A stretch of DNA of 48,080 bases from Chitinophagaceae bacterium (GCA_017882215.1 JADGPX010000001.1:1-48080); one strand, 5' to 3'. Shown: positions 1-11,006, numbered from the stretch's first letter. The notes: generated by a model not told the origin, from the letters alone. Program-made: numbers and translations.

Positions 1-929
1 GAAACAGTATCACCAATTGAAATGCTCATCAAATCTTCTCCTATAACGAATCGCCCTGAATAATTTGCTGTTGTCCTTTTTAACAAATCTTGTTCGTTCA
101 GTCCATGTAGTTTCACAATATGAGAATATGCGGCCAGCCTTGGGTTTACTTTATTAAAAATTTTACTGGCCTGTTCGATAGTTGTATGATGTGCAAATAT
201 GTGATAATCGGGATCTGACTTACTTAATGTGTCAGGAGCAATAACTACTTCATGAATTAACAAATCTGTTCCTTTTGCAAACTTGATTAAGTTTTCAGAG
301 TATCGTGTGTCGCCGGATATTACAACTGAATGACCATTGTATTCTATGCGATATCCAAAGGCTGGTACTACAGGATAATGGTCTACTTCAAATGCAATTA
401 CCTTAACATCATTTTTTTCATAGATAACTCCTTCCCGTATTTCTCTGACCAAAAGCATTCTGCCTTCTTCGGGCACTTTATCATCTTCAATTCTCATTTT
501 GATATCAAAAGCGAATGCCTTTTGTAGGTTCTTAATCATTTCATCAGTACCTATGGGGCCAAATACATTCAGTCCTGTTGTACGGCTAGAAAGAAGCCAT
601 CCTGTAAGCCACAGGTCAGGCAAACCCACAATATGGTCTGAATGAAGGTGTGTAAGAAACAGGCCATTTAATATACCATAAGACAAATTTATTTGACGTA
701 GCCTTTGTAAGCAGCCACGACCTGCATCAAATAATAGGCTTTCACTGCCAGCTTGAACAAGAATACTTGGCCCAAACCGTTCCATACTCGGTTGAGGAGT
801 ACCTGTCCCCAATAAAGTAACTTTTATATCAGGTGTATTAATCTGAAAGCTATCATTCCTGACTTTGATTTGTCCAAAAGAAGCAAGAACAAAGAATGAA
901 ATGATCGTAGTTAAAGAAAATCGTGTCAT
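1..929 (-). CDS. MBL-fold metallo-hydrolase, RNase Z/arylsulfatase AtsA-like, with signal peptide; 3' end runs off the window
   Basis: Manual translation from ATG at 929 (missing from the ORF track because it has no stop in the window): MTRFSLTTIISFFVLASFGQ...TLLGTGTP...FDAGRG...FLTHLHSDH...VDH...SGDT...IHE...HHTT. Confidence 0.85.
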   Translation of the reverse strand, partial: MTRFSLTTIISFFVLASFGQIKVRNDSFQINTPDIKVTLLGTGTPQPSMERFGPSILVQAGSESLLFDAGRGCLQRLRQINLSYGILNGLFLTHLHSDHIVGLPDLWLTGWLLSSRTTGLNVFGPIGTDEMIKNLQKAFAFDIKMRIEDDKVPEEGRMLLVREIREGVIYEKNDVKVIAFEVDHYPVVPAFGYRIEYNGHSVVISGDTRYSENLIKFAKGTDLLIHEVVIAPDTLSKSDPDYHIFAHHTTIEQASKIFNKVNPRLAAYSHIVKLHGLNEQDLLKRTTANYSGRFVIGEDLMSISIGDTV

Positions 930-1210
930 TTAGCTCTTGTCAAAATGTGATTTAATATAGAAACGTTTGATTAGAGAACACCAAAATAATTGCCGCCAAC
1001 ACTTAAATATATGGCACTCTACTCAAATTGACAAATTGGTTTTCAACTGTATAATCAGCATAGCAGTTACAGGAATAACTTTATGATGTACTAATATGCG
1101 TTTAATTTCATCACCTGTCATACATTATATTTTATCTTTCTCATATCAATTACGGCTTCGCAAATTTTGCGAAAAATAAATATTGCTTTCAATGCTAAAA
1201 AGCCTTTTAT

Positions 1211-2584
1211 TTAATTCACTTTTGATTTAGTAACCTTAGATGAAGGTAATTTTATTTTACTTTCATCTTGTGTGTAAAGTGACGGATTAACTTTGGCAGG
1301 ATCTCCCTGGTAAACCCATGTTAAGTTGGTAATGTATTTATTAAAAGTCTTATTCACATCCGCTACAGAAACTTTTTTAAGATCATCATTTAGTGTAAGA
1401 GCTCTGTGCCAGTTGTTGTGTAAAATTTCATTAGATGCTAATGATGACGCCTGTGCGCTATTGGTTTCCTGCCGGTAATAAAAGCTTGTTATATATGTAG
1501 TTTTCATGTTCTTTACTTCATCCCTGGTAAAGCCCTGTTTTTTGGTTTTATCAATCAGGTTTTTAACAACCATTATATATTTATCAGGCTCCGTAGTTGA
1601 TACACCAATATTTGCAGACGGGCTTAAGCCTCCATCAAAATAACTATAAGGGGCGTACGATAAACCATTGTTGGTTCTTACTTCTAAAAAGTTACGGTCA
1701 TAAAATATGCGCATACCTAAGTTGAAAGCATTGAAGTCCTGTGTGCCCGGGAGAGGAGCTCCTGTTACCGCCTGGATATAATTGGTAGCCAGATCTTTTT
1801 TCTCTGATTTAAATGAATTTTGTTTTGGAGAGTACATTTCTTTCTTAAGTATAACAGGCTTTCCCCGGGCAATAGCAGCTAACATTGTTTTTATCTTTTC
1901 TTCCAATATCTTTTTTTCAATTTCGCCAACTACTACTATTAATAATCTTGATTTTGTAAGAATAGATTGATAATAAGCTTTGGTTTCTTCCGCTGTTAAT
2001 TTGCTAACAATGGCTTCTGTTCCTTCAGGAGATTTTGCGTAATTCTTTCCTGAGAAAGCTGTTTCTTTTGCCATCTTTCCAATAGCGTAATCAGGCTGTG
2101 ATGCCTGCGCTTTCAAAATATTAATGGCATCCTGTTTTATACGTTCAAATTCTTTTTTATCAAAACGAGGTGCAGTTAATGCATCAACATACAAAGGCCA
2201 CACAATGTCAAAATCACTTTTAATACAGTTCATAGTAAGTGAAGCATAGTCCATACCTGAGCTTCCGCCCATTTGTGCACTCACTTTATCTAATTTATTT
2301 TTAAAACTATTTTTATCATCTTTTAATGTACCACATTCAGTTAATGCAGTTATTGCAATACTTTCTATACCCGCCTTATTTGCCGGGTAATTTTGCACAC
2401 CACCTTTAATAATTGTTTGTATTTCTACAATTTCATTACCACTTGGCTGAACAATAACTTTTACCCCGTCAATATTCATTTCATAAGGAGCTTTTTTTTG
2501 AGCCTGTGATAATAAAGAAATGCTAACTAAAAAAATTGTAAGAAGATTGATCTTAATTCTTTGCCATTGAGATTGCATATACAA
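1211..2584 (-). CDS. M16 (pitrilysin) family peptidase, non-catalytic subunit
   Basis: M16 fold motifs (EVRTNNGLSY) but no HxxEH; adjacent to the active M16 gene. Confidence 0.85.
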   Translation of the reverse strand: MYMQSQWQRIKINLLTIFLVSISLLSQAQKKAPYEMNIDGVKVIVQPSGNEIVEIQTIIKGGVQNYPANKAGIESIAITALTECGTLKDDKNSFKNKLDKVSAQMGGSSGMDYASLTMNCIKSDFDIVWPLYVDALTAPRFDKKEFERIKQDAINILKAQASQPDYAIGKMAKETAFSGKNYAKSPEGTEAIVSKLTAEETKAYYQSILTKSRLLIVVVGEIEKKILEEKIKTMLAAIARGKPVILKKEMYSPKQNSFKSEKKDLATNYIQAVTGAPLPGTQDFNAFNLGMRIFYDRNFLEVRTNNGLSYAPYSYFDGGLSPSANIGVSTTEPDKYIMVVKNLIDKTKKQGFTRDEVKNMKTTYITSFYYRQETNSAQASSLASNEILHNNWHRALTLNDDLKKVSVADVNKTFNKYITNLTWVYQGDPAKVNPSLYTQDESKIKLPSSKVTKSKVN

Positions 2585-2599
2585 AAGTTTAAATTGTAA

Positions 2600-3961
2600 T
2601 TAAGGTTTAAAAAATTGAGCCGTATTAGCCGCTTTATTCATAGCGGAATTAATTATCATTCCTGCTACAAAAGATTTTCCGGTGATGTACTTCTCAATAT
2701 ATTTTTGAATATCCTTTTTTGTCACTTTCATACAGTTATCTAAGTAAGCAGTATAATAATCCAGGGATGTGCTGCACCATTGGTATGTCAACTGGCTGGC
2801 TAATGATGAGGGTTTTTCATTTTGGCGGATATCATTGCGCCGGATAATTTGTTTTGCATCTGCCAGTTGCCCGTTGGTAAAGTAATCATTTTGATCCCAC
2901 ATTTTTACCTGTTTTAATATTTCTGTATGACACTCTTTTAATTTATTTGGATTAGGTATTACAAAAATATTAATAGGACCTACATAGCTAAGCGTTTGAT
3001 AGCTTACATCAGCATATGTAGCCAGACCTTTATCTACCAATGCCTGCTGCCATTTTGAAGAATTCATACGTAAGATGGTTGAGAAAACATCGGCGGCAAC
3101 CGTACCTGCTGAATCATGCCTGTAATCCGGGCCGTGCCACCAATACATCATATAAGGTGTTTGGGCAATAGAAGATTCTTTTACAAAATATTCAGTAGAT
3201 GTAAGTGGTGCAAATTCCGGAATTGGATATTTTTCGTGAGGATCAAAGCCGCTGTTAGGCCAGTCTCCAAATATTTTATTGGCAAGTGCAAAAGCTTCAT
3301 CATGCTTTACATCGCCACAGATCACGAGAATTGAATTATTGGGATGATAATATTTGTTTTTGATTATCATCATTTTTTCAGGTGTGGCTGTGTTAATTAC
3401 ATTATGATCGCCAATTGGATTTTTACGGGTCATCAGATCTCCCCATAATTTTTTTTGACTTTCAAACCATATTTGAAACCCGGGATCACTTTCTGCCCGT
3501 TGAAACTCACCATCAACAACCGGTCTTTCTTTTTGCATATCCTCTGTACGATAAATCGGAAAGCGAATGGCGGCATTCATAAATTTTAAGCCTGCATTCA
3601 AACTATCTTTATTGAATGTAAAAAAATAATTTACTCTCTCCACACCCGTAGTGCCATTCCATATCATGCCTAATTCCTGTGTTCTTTTTAAAAGTTTTTC
3701 CTGGTTAGGATAATCTTTATTGGCTTTAAAAAACATGTGCTCAAACAGGTGAGAAAGCCCACTGTATTCAGGACCTTCAGTATAAGCGCCATTTTTTACG
3801 GCGATCTCTATAGTTGCCAGTGGCACCTTGGCGTTCTCAATAACTACTACCTCCAGGCCGTTGGGCATTTTTTGCCAGTAATAACTATTTGGTAAATGGG
3901 GCTGAGAAATTGCAATTAAAGGAAAAGCAAAGCCTGATAAAAAAAGTTTATAAATTTTCAT
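2600..3961 (-). CDS. M16 family zinc peptidase, catalytic subunit
   Basis: GLSHLFEHMFF (HxxEH), NGTT, downstream Glu (VDGEF). Confidence 0.9.
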   Translation of the reverse strand: MKIYKLFLSGFAFPLIAISQPHLPNSYYWQKMPNGLEVVVIENAKVPLATIEIAVKNGAYTEGPEYSGLSHLFEHMFFKANKDYPNQEKLLKRTQELGMIWNGTTGVERVNYFFTFNKDSLNAGLKFMNAAIRFPIYRTEDMQKERPVVDGEFQRAESDPGFQIWFESQKKLWGDLMTRKNPIGDHNVINTATPEKMMIIKNKYYHPNNSILVICGDVKHDEAFALANKIFGDWPNSGFDPHEKYPIPEFAPLTSTEYFVKESSIAQTPYMMYWWHGPDYRHDSAGTVAADVFSTILRMNSSKWQQALVDKGLATYADVSYQTLSYVGPINIFVIPNPNKLKECHTEILKQVKMWDQNDYFTNGQLADAKQIIRRNDIRQNEKPSSLASQLTYQWCSTSLDYYTAYLDNCMKVTKKDIQKYIEKYITGKSFVAGMIINSAMNKAANTAQFFKP

Positions 3962-3979
3962 GCAGATAAGTTTTAAAAA

Positions 3980-4630
3980 TCAAATGTAATCATGATTTGA
4001 ATTATTTGATTTTTTTTTGTATTTATTTATACTAATATTCTCTTCACAAAAATCATATTCCTGTGTATCATTACTGCTAACAATAAGTAACCGGTTTTTG
4101 CAATGATCATTCACCAAAGTTTTGTATAAAATAATTCCTTCCTCGTCTAAATTGGTGCAAGGCTCATCCAGTAAAACAACAGGTACATTACTAAATATTG
4201 CCTGGGCTAATTTTACCCTCTGCTTCATACCACTGCTGAAATAGCGTATTTGCTTTTGCGCAGCTTCTTCTAAATTAATAATAGAAATTATTTTTTTTGA
4301 ATCAACAGAAGGCAGCCAGCTTTTTAAGCTTGAATGAAATTGTAAAAATTCCATCAATGTCATTTCTTCAACCAATTCTAAGTATGGAGCTGCAATGGAA
4401 ATGTTAGTATAAACATTTTCTGCATTTATTTTTTTATCTGCTAAAAAATATTGTATATCCCCCTCATTAAAAGTGGTTGCTCCTGCTATGATCTGTAACA
4501 GTGTTGATTTGCCGGAACCATTTGGCCCGGTGATGGCATAAGATCTTTCAGAGTGAAATTCAAAATCGAGGTTACGGAATATCCATTCCCTGTTGAAACG
4601 CTTACCAACTTTTGTAAGCCTAATCTTCAT
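3980..4630 (-). CDS. ABC transporter ATP-binding protein (no permease alongside)
   Basis: Walker A GPNGSGKST, signature FSSGMKQR, Walker B LLDEP. Confidence 0.9.
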   Translation of the reverse strand: MKIRLTKVGKRFNREWIFRNLDFEFHSERSYAITGPNGSGKSTLLQIIAGATTFNEGDIQYFLADKKINAENVYTNISIAAPYLELVEEMTLMEFLQFHSSLKSWLPSVDSKKIISIINLEEAAQKQIRYFSSGMKQRVKLAQAIFSNVPVVLLDEPCTNLDEEGIILYKTLVNDHCKNRLLIVSSNDTQEYDFCEENISINKYKKKSNNSNHDYI

Positions 4631-5417
4631 TAGTAGTTTCTTTAGCAGAAGCCTTAATTATACCGCGTTTGCTACTTTTTATAAAACTAATGATTTCATT
4701 TCTTTCGTTACTTTCCGGCAATTCTTTTTCAATACATTCAAGCGCCTGCGTTATATTTAATCCTCTAAGATAGATGTAACGGTATATTTCATGGATATCA
4801 TTTATTTTTTCTGAAGTAAAACCTCTTCTTTGCAAGCCTACTGAATTAACGCCTACATAACAAAGCGGATCTCTGCCGGCTTTTATATAAGGAGGAACAT
4901 CTTTATCAATAACAGTATGCCCGGCAATATAAGTGTGAGCGCCTATTTTAGCAAATTGCGCAGCGCCTACGAGGCCACCGATAATTGCATGATCGCCTAT
5001 TTCAACATGACCGGCTAATTGTACAGTGTTGGCTAAAATAACATAGTCGCCCAAAATACAATCATGCGCTATGTGAGTATACGCCATCAAAAGACAATGA
5101 CTGCCGATGACAGTTTTCCATTTATCTTTTGTGCCCCTGTTTATGGTAACAGATTCTCTTATTGTTGTATGGTCGCCAATTTCAACTGTAGTTTCTTCTC
5201 CTACAAATTTCAGATCCTGCGGAATTGCGCCTATAACTGCACCCGGAAAAACACGACTCGATTTACCAATTGTTGTGCCTTTAAGAATGGTAGCATGAGA
5301 CATGATATGTGTACCATCGCCAATGGTTACGCCATCTTCAATAACTGCAAAGGAATCTATTGTTACATTATTTCCTATGCTGGCAGCAGGGTCTATATGG
5401 GCAAGAGAGCTGATCAT
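4620..5417 (-). CDS. lpxA: UDP-N-acetylglucosamine O-acyltransferase
   Basis: Hexapeptide repeats, PQDLKF, HIAHDC, LAGHV; lpx operon context. Confidence 0.95.
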   Translation of the reverse strand: MISSLAHIDPAASIGNNVTIDSFAVIEDGVTIGDGTHIMSHATILKGTTIGKSSRVFPGAVIGAIPQDLKFVGEETTVEIGDHTTIRESVTINRGTKDKWKTVIGSHCLLMAYTHIAHDCILGDYVILANTVQLAGHVEIGDHAIIGGLVGAAQFAKIGAHTYIAGHTVIDKDVPPYIKAGRDPLCYVGVNSVGLQRRGFTSEKINDIHEIYRYIYLRGLNITQALECIEKELPESNERNEIISFIKSSKRGIIKASAKETTNED

Positions 5418-6838
5418 GTTTGTGGTTTAGGTCTTTTTACTATTTGAGCCACCAGTACAGCTTCTGTTACCAGTTTATCCCCGATAAAAATAGTTCCTCT
5501 CATATCACAAATGCCTCTGCGGATGGGGTGAAGCAATTCCATTTTTAATATTAATGTATCACCGGGTACTACTTTTTGTTTGAATTTGCAATTCTCGATC
5601 TTAAGAAAATAAGTATCGTATTTATCTTCTGAATCCCTTGGTATCGCCAGTAATCCGCCAGTTTGTGCCAGCGCTTCCACAAGAAGCACCCCGGGCATAA
5701 CACAATTTCCTGGAAAATGACCTTGAAAAAAAGGTTCATTATATGTAACGTTTTTTATGGCAATAATATGTTTTTCAGATATCTCTATTACTTTATCTAC
5801 CATTAAAAAAGGATATCTATGCGGTAAAGTCTTTTCAATTTTTTGTATATCCATTAATGCCGGCTGTAGAGGATCGTATTTAGGAATATCCTGCCTGAAC
5901 TTATTTTTTTTAATGTGCTCTTTAATTTTTTTTGCAAACATAATATTAGATGCATGTCCCGGACGATTGGCTATTATGTGAGCATTAAACGGAAATCCTA
6001 CAAGAGCAAGATCGCCAATCATATCAAGCAATTTATGCCTTGCAGGCTCATTGGGAAATCGTAACTGCAGGTTGTTTAAAATTCCTTCTTCATTTACATG
6101 CACATCTTGTTTATTGAACACTTTTGATATACGCATAACCTGCTCTTCCGTTACGGGTTTATCTACCACTACTATTGCATTATTTATATCGCCTCCTTTA
6201 ATAAGGTTGTTTGCCAGCAACAATTCCAGTTCATGAAAAAAACAAAAGGTTCGGCTGGGGGCAATTTCTTTATTGAACTCAGTAATATTTTTAATTGTGG
6301 CATGCTGGGTACCCAATACCGGCGAATTAAAATCAATTAATGTATTGATGCGATAATTATGATATGGCAGAGCAACCATTTCTACTTTTTTCTCCTCATC
6401 AACAAAAGTGATGTTATGATCAATTGAATAAAATATCTTTTTTGCATTCTGTTTTTTTGTACCTGTTTTTTCCAATGCTTCCACAAATGGCTGCGCACTT
6501 CCATCCAGTATTGGTACTTCTTCACCATCAATTTCTATCAAAACATTATCTATCTGGGTACCAACAAGAGCTGCCATAAGATGTTCAATTGTGCTTATCC
6601 TTGCTCCGTTTACTTCAATAGTAGTATTGCGGTTAGTTTCAATAACATTATCAACATCAGCTTTTACCAATGGCTTTCCCGGAAGATCAATCCTTTGAAA
6701 AACTATCCCTGTATTTGGTTCTGTAGGTTTAAGCCTCATGGTTACCGCCTGCCCGGAGTGGATGCCTGCGCCTGAAATGATTACATCTTCCTTTATAGTA
6801 TGCTGAAAATATTTAGGATTAGAGTTGATATGCTCCAT
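5414..6838 (-). CDS. lpxC-fabZ: Bifunctional UDP-3-O-acyl-GlcNAc deacetylase / 3-hydroxyacyl-ACP dehydratase
   Basis: TIEHLMAAL and RHKLLD (LpxC); LPHRYPFL..D and FFQGHFPG (FabZ). ATG at 6838 preferred because the GTG at 6844 overlaps a TACTTTCG promoter-like element. Confidence 0.95.
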   Translation of the reverse strand: MEHINSNPKYFQHTIKEDVIISGAGIHSGQAVTMRLKPTEPNTGIVFQRIDLPGKPLVKADVDNVIETNRNTTIEVNGARISTIEHLMAALVGTQIDNVLIEIDGEEVPILDGSAQPFVEALEKTGTKKQNAKKIFYSIDHNITFVDEEKKVEMVALPYHNYRINTLIDFNSPVLGTQHATIKNITEFNKEIAPSRTFCFFHELELLLANNLIKGGDINNAIVVVDKPVTEEQVMRISKVFNKQDVHVNEEGILNNLQLRFPNEPARHKLLDMIGDLALVGFPFNAHIIANRPGHASNIMFAKKIKEHIKKNKFRQDIPKYDPLQPALMDIQKIEKTLPHRYPFLMVDKVIEISEKHIIAIKNVTYNEPFFQGHFPGNCVMPGVLLVEALAQTGGLLAIPRDSEDKYDTYFLKIENCKFKQKVVPGDTLILKMELLHPIRRGICDMRGTIFIGDKLVTEAVLVAQIVKRPKPQT

Positions 6839-6915
6839 ATGCACGAAAGTATGAAAAGAATCGGATTTTGATTCGGGGTGAGAAACAATGAAATGAAAGA
6901 AGTATGTTAATAAGG

Positions 6916-7968
6916 TTAGTGGGATATTTTTTCTGCCAGTAATTGCTGCACCAGTTGTTCTAATTCAACAATTCTTTTTTCCATGTTAGGCAGGGTGCGG
7001 TTTAAAACCTGACTGCGCAAGGCACTTGTATAATCATAAGCAGGCGATCCGGTAACTGCTGTATTGGGCGTTTTTATTGATTTGCTTACACCGCTTTGCG
7101 CATTTATTTTACTGCCGTCTGCAATTTGTAAATGCCCTGCGATACCAGCCTGCCCGCCTATCATAACATTATTCCCAATTTTTGCGCTACCACTTATGCC
7201 GACTTGTGCTGCAATTACAGTATTGATGCCTACTTCTACGTTATGTGCTATTTGTATTAGATTATCTAACTTGGCGCCGGTTTTTATCAGCGTTGAACCC
7301 AGCGTGGCACGGTCTATCGTTGCATTTGCTCCAATCTCTACATTATCTTCTATAATTACATTACCAATTTGAGGAACTTTTTTAAATGTGCCATCTGTTT
7401 GTGGTGCAAACCCAAAGCCATCGCTGCCAATAACAGTGTTTGCATGGATAATAACATTTTTACCAGCCTTACATTCATGGTATATTCTAACGCCGGGATA
7501 TAGAATGCTATTTGCATCTACCACAACATTATCGCCTATAAAAACCTGTGGAAATATTTTTACATTATCACCGATAATTGCATTTTCCCCAACATAACTA
7601 AATGCTCCGATAAAAATATTGTTACCCATTTTTGCAGTTGCAGCAATAAATACAGGCTGCTGAATTCCTGCCATCTGTTCTGTAATCATTTTTTGATAGC
7701 CAGCCAAAATGGTAGCGAAGGCGGAGTATGCATCAGGCACACGAATCAACGTAGCATCTATCTTTTGTTTAATTTCCAGTCTATCGTTTATGATAATTAC
7801 AGAAGCATGGGTTGTATAAAGATATTCCTCGTATTTAGGATTAGCTAAAAATGCTAATTGCCCCTTTTGTGCATTCTCAATTTTACCAAATGAAGAAACA
7901 GAAACGGTTTCATCGCCTTCGATTTTTCCATTGATAAGTAATGCTATTTGCGCTGCGTTAAACTGCAT
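6916..7968 (-). CDS. lpxD: UDP-3-O-(3-hydroxymyristoyl)glucosamine N-acyltransferase
   Basis: [35 protein letters not shown]. Confidence 0.95.
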   Translation of the reverse strand: MQFNAAQIALLINGKIEGDETVSVSSFGKIENAQKGQLAFLANPKYEEYLYTTHASVIIINDRLEIKQKIDATLIRVPDAYSAFATILAGYQKMITEQMAGIQQPVFIAATAKMGNNIFIGAFSYVGENAIIGDNVKIFPQVFIGDNVVVDANSILYPGVRIYHECKAGKNVIIHANTVIGSDGFGFAPQTDGTFKKVPQIGNVIIEDNVEIGANATIDRATLGSTLIKTGAKLDNLIQIAHNVEVGINTVIAAQVGISGSAKIGNNVMIGGQAGIAGHLQIADGSKINAQSGVSKSIKTPNTAVTGSPAYDYTSALRSQVLNRTLPNMEKRIVELEQLVQQLLAEKISH

Positions 7969-8018
7969 TAAAAATGCTTTCGGGTTACAAAATACAAGTT
8001 AGCCAACTCTGAAACGAT

Positions 8019-9215
8019 CTATCTTACATAACAAATGTAAAATTTTTTTACTGTGCCAAATAAAGATTGATTAATTAATGCATTATCTACTTTAGATATA
8101 TCCTTTACTGTACCATCCTTAAATAAAATATGAATATGCTCATCCAAAGTATTGTATGTTTTATTTTCAGTTTCTCCTGTAAATGTAAGGTAAGATGCTT
8201 CTTCTTCTGAAATGTTTAATTTTTGACATACTTCAGCTTTTTTCTTATTTAGTAATTCTGCAGGAACCGGTCGTGAAAAATATTTTATTTTTAAAAGATT
8301 CCTGTTAATTAAGCCTTTGCATAAAAACGATAAGATTTTATCCGGATGATGCATCCAGTGTTTTATAGCGTTTAAGAAATCATAATCATCAAGATTGCAA
8401 AATTCAGTAAGAAATTTTTCTATGCCATGTTGTTTATAATCATCGCTAAGAAAAATATTTAAAGTTGCTGAAGGAGATTCAGCTTTTATAGCTTTAACCC
8501 GTTTAATAATATTCACCATCATTTTTTCGGCACATAAAACTGTTTTATGCAGGTAAACCTGCCAGTACATCAATCGTCTGCTTACTAAAAATTTTTCAAT
8601 TGAATAAATTCCTTTTTCTTCAATCATCAGCTCACCATTATGCACCGTTAACATTTTTAAAATGCGATCATAGGCAATCACTCCTTCGTTCACTCCTGTA
8701 AAAAAACTATCTCTCATCAGGTAGTCCATGCGATCTACATCAAGCTGACCACTCACCAATTGATGCAGAAATTTTTTGGGATGCTTATCGGTGAAAATAT
8801 CTATAGCTATTTGCAATTGACCGTTCATTTGGTCATTCATATTTTTCATCAATAGCAATGAAATTTCTTCGTGTGTCACTCCTTCAATGAGCGTATTTTC
8901 TAAAGCATGGGAGTAAGGCCCGTGACCAATATCGTGTAATAGAATAGCTGCTTTAGCCCCCTGTTCTTCTTCTTTGGTTATATCAAAACCTTTGCCTTTT
9001 AATTCATTAATTGCATTGTACATTAAATGATATGCGCCCAGTGAATGATGCAGCCTTGTATGCACCGCCCCGGGATACACAAGCGCCGCCATTGCCATCT
9101 GGTGAATGCGGCGTAAACGCTGGTAATAAGGATGAGAAATAATTTTAAAGATCAGATCATCATCTATTGTGATAAAACCATAAACCGGATCGTTGATTAT
9201 TTTGCGGTGCAACAT
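8019..9215 (-). CDS. HD-domain phosphohydrolase (dNTPase/SAMHD1-like)
   Basis: DPVYG, QRLRRIHQ, HTRLHHSLG, LLHDIGHGPYSH, LDVDRMDYL. Confidence 0.9.
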   Translation of the reverse strand: MLHRKIINDPVYGFITIDDDLIFKIISHPYYQRLRRIHQMAMAALVYPGAVHTRLHHSLGAYHLMYNAINELKGKGFDITKEEEQGAKAAILLHDIGHGPYSHALENTLIEGVTHEEISLLLMKNMNDQMNGQLQIAIDIFTDKHPKKFLHQLVSGQLDVDRMDYLMRDSFFTGVNEGVIAYDRILKMLTVHNGELMIEEKGIYSIEKFLVSRRLMYWQVYLHKTVLCAEKMMVNIIKRVKAIKAESPSATLNIFLSDDYKQHGIEKFLTEFCNLDDYDFLNAIKHWMHHPDKILSFLCKGLINRNLLKIKYFSRPVPAELLNKKKAEVCQKLNISEEEASYLTFTGETENKTYNTLDEHIHILFKDGTVKDISKVDNALINQSLFGTVKKFYICYVR

Positions 9216-9247
9216 CTATAAATTGTTAAAATGTATAAGCCAGATTG

Positions 9248-9284
9248 CAAAGGTAATTTTTGGAATGGGAATAAATTACATTTG
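9248..9284. promoter_or_regulatory. Divergent Bacteroidota housekeeping -7 promoter elements for the HD-lpx operon (-) and porX (+)
   Basis: TACCTTTG on minus strand (9248-9255) and TACATTTG on plus strand (9277-9284) match TAnnTTTG. Confidence 0.6.
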
Positions 9285-9289
9285 TGCTG

Positions 9290-9335
9290 CCCCTATCCCC
9301 GAAGGGGAGAAAAGAGACCCCATCCCCTAAAGGGG
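9290..9335. repeat. Two direct copies of the CCCC(T)ATCCCC-GAA/TAAA-GGGG hairpin repeat (family B)
   Basis: CCCCTATCCCCGAAGGGGA at 9290-9308 and CCCCATCCCCTAAAGGGG at 9318-9335; related copies at 10999, 15487, 19028, 20431, 20541. Confidence 0.8.
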
Positions 9336-9375
9336 TAAAAAGGAAATTACAAGTGTGTTGAATAAAGATAAAAAT

Positions 9376-9399
9376 GTACAAGTGAGTGACACAACGATG
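9376..9399 (+). repeat. Dispersed intergenic repeat, copy 1 (family E)
   Basis: GTACAAGTGAGTGACACAACGATG; related copy on minus strand at 21837-21858. Confidence 0.55.
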
Positions 9400-9443
9400 A
9401 TGACCAAAGAACAAATGCCGGTAACTAAAATAATTTCTACATT

Positions 9444-11006
9444 ATGAGTTTAGCAAAAATTTTATGGGTTGATGATGAAATGGAGAGCCTGAAATCCCAG
9501 ATCATGTTTTTGGAAAATAAAGGATACGAAGTAAAATCTTTAAGCAATGGTTTTGATGCGGTTGATTTTGTAAAAGACAATGAAGTGGATGTTGTATTGC
9601 TGGATGAAAGTATGCCCGGCATTTCCGGTTTGGAAACGCTTCAGAAAATTAAAGAGATAAAAGCTCATACACCTATTGTACTAATTACGAAAAACGAGAC
9701 TGAGAATTTAATGGATGAAGCCATTGGCTCGCAGATAACCGATTATTTAATTAAGCCGGTTAATCCAAACCAGGTTTGGCTTTCATTAAAAAAGATAATT
9801 GATAACAGGAGACTTGTTGCGGAAAAAACAACCTCATCCTACCAACAGCAATTCAGGGAATTATTTATGGCATTGAGTAATAACCCTGATCATAGTGAAT
9901 GGATGGAAATTTATAAAAAGCTTGTTTATTGGGAGCTTGAAATGAAAAAAAGCGATAGTCCTGAAATGCAGGAAGTTTTTCAATCGCAAAAACAGGAAGC
10001 CAATACGGAGTTCTTTAAATTCATTTCAAAATATTATTCTTCATGGGTTACCAATCCTGCGGCTGATGCACCGGTTATGAGTAACACTTTAATGAAGTAT
10101 AAAGTTTTTCCTCATGTAGAAAAGGGAACACCAACTTTTTTTGTGCTGATAGATAATTTGAGGCTCGATCAATGGAAAACAATTCAGCCAATTTTTGCAG
10201 AGAGCTTTAGAATTCAGGAAGAAGAAACGTTTTATTCTATTTTGCCAACTGCAACACAATACAGCCGCAATGCAATTTTTGCCGGTCTATTGCCTGTTGA
10301 TATTGAAAAACAATTTCCGGTTGAGTGGAAAAATGATGATGAGGAAGGCGGTAAAAATATGTTTGAAGAAGGATTTTTTAAAGCACAGCTGCAACGGTTA
10401 AGAAAAACAGATTTGAAATATTCATACACTAAGATCACCAACCATCATGATGGACAAAAATTGGTTGATAATATTCATAATATGCTGCAGAATGATCTGA
10501 ATATTATTGTTTACAATTTTGTTGATATGCTTAGCCATGCAAGAACAGAAATGGAAGTGCTTAAAGAACTTGCTGCAGATGAAGTAAGCTACCGCAGCAT
10601 TACAGCATCGTGGTTTGAGCATTCTCCATTGCACCAGGCGTTAAAAAAGATTTCAGATAAAAAAATTAATCTCATTGTTGCAACAGATCACGGAAGCGTT
10701 AGGGTAAACACACCAAGCAAAGTAGTTGGCGATAAGCAGACGACAGCTAATCTGCGATATAAGCATGGAAGAAATTTAAATTATGAGGCAAAAGAAGTGT
10801 TGGCTTACAGAGATCCGCGGCAGGCAGGCTTGCCTGTTCCTAATGTAAATTCTTCTTTTATTTTTGCAAAACAGGATGGCTATTTATGTTATCCTAATAA
10901 TTATAATCACTTTGTAAATTATTATCGCAATACATTTCAGCATGGTGGTATAAGCCTGGAAGAAATGATAATTCCGGTAATAAGAATGACAAGTAAAGCT
11001 CCCTGA
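9444..11006 (+). CDS. porX: T9SS response regulator PorX (receiver + PglZ/alkaline-phosphatase-like domain)
   Basis: ILWVDDE...LLDESMPG receiver; SILPTATQYSRNAIF, FVDMLSH, TDHG, FQHGGISLEEM. Confidence 0.9.
   Translation: MSLAKILWVDDEMESLKSQIMFLENKGYEVKSLSNGFDAVDFVKDNEVDVVLLDESMPGISGLETLQKIKEIKAHTPIVLITKNETENLMDEAIGSQITDYLIKPVNPNQVWLSLKKIIDNRRLVAEKTTSSYQQQFRELFMALSNNPDHSEWMEIYKKLVYWELEMKKSDSPEMQEVFQSQKQEANTEFFKFISKYYSSWVTNPAADAPVMSNTLMKYKVFPHVEKGTPTFFVLIDNLRLDQWKTIQPIFAESFRIQEEETFYSILPTATQYSRNAIFAGLLPVDIEKQFPVEWKNDDEEGGKNMFEEGFFKAQLQRLRKTDLKYSYTKITNHHDGQKLVDNIHNMLQNDLNIIVYNFVDMLSHARTEMEVLKELAADEVSYRSITASWFEHSPLHQALKKISDKKINLIVATDHGSVRVNTPSKVVGDKQTTANLRYKHGRNLNYEAKEVLAYRDPRQAGLPVPNVNSSFIFAKQDGYLCYPNNYNHFVNYYRNTFQHGGISLEEMIIPVIRMTSKAP

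Noticed and set aside
10815-10836. CAGGCAGG half-arm in porX (DPRQAGLP)
   Set aside because: No left arm and no apparent extra residues; it fits ordinary Gln-Ala-Gly codons. The same applies to the half-sites near 7149, 24997 and 39810.
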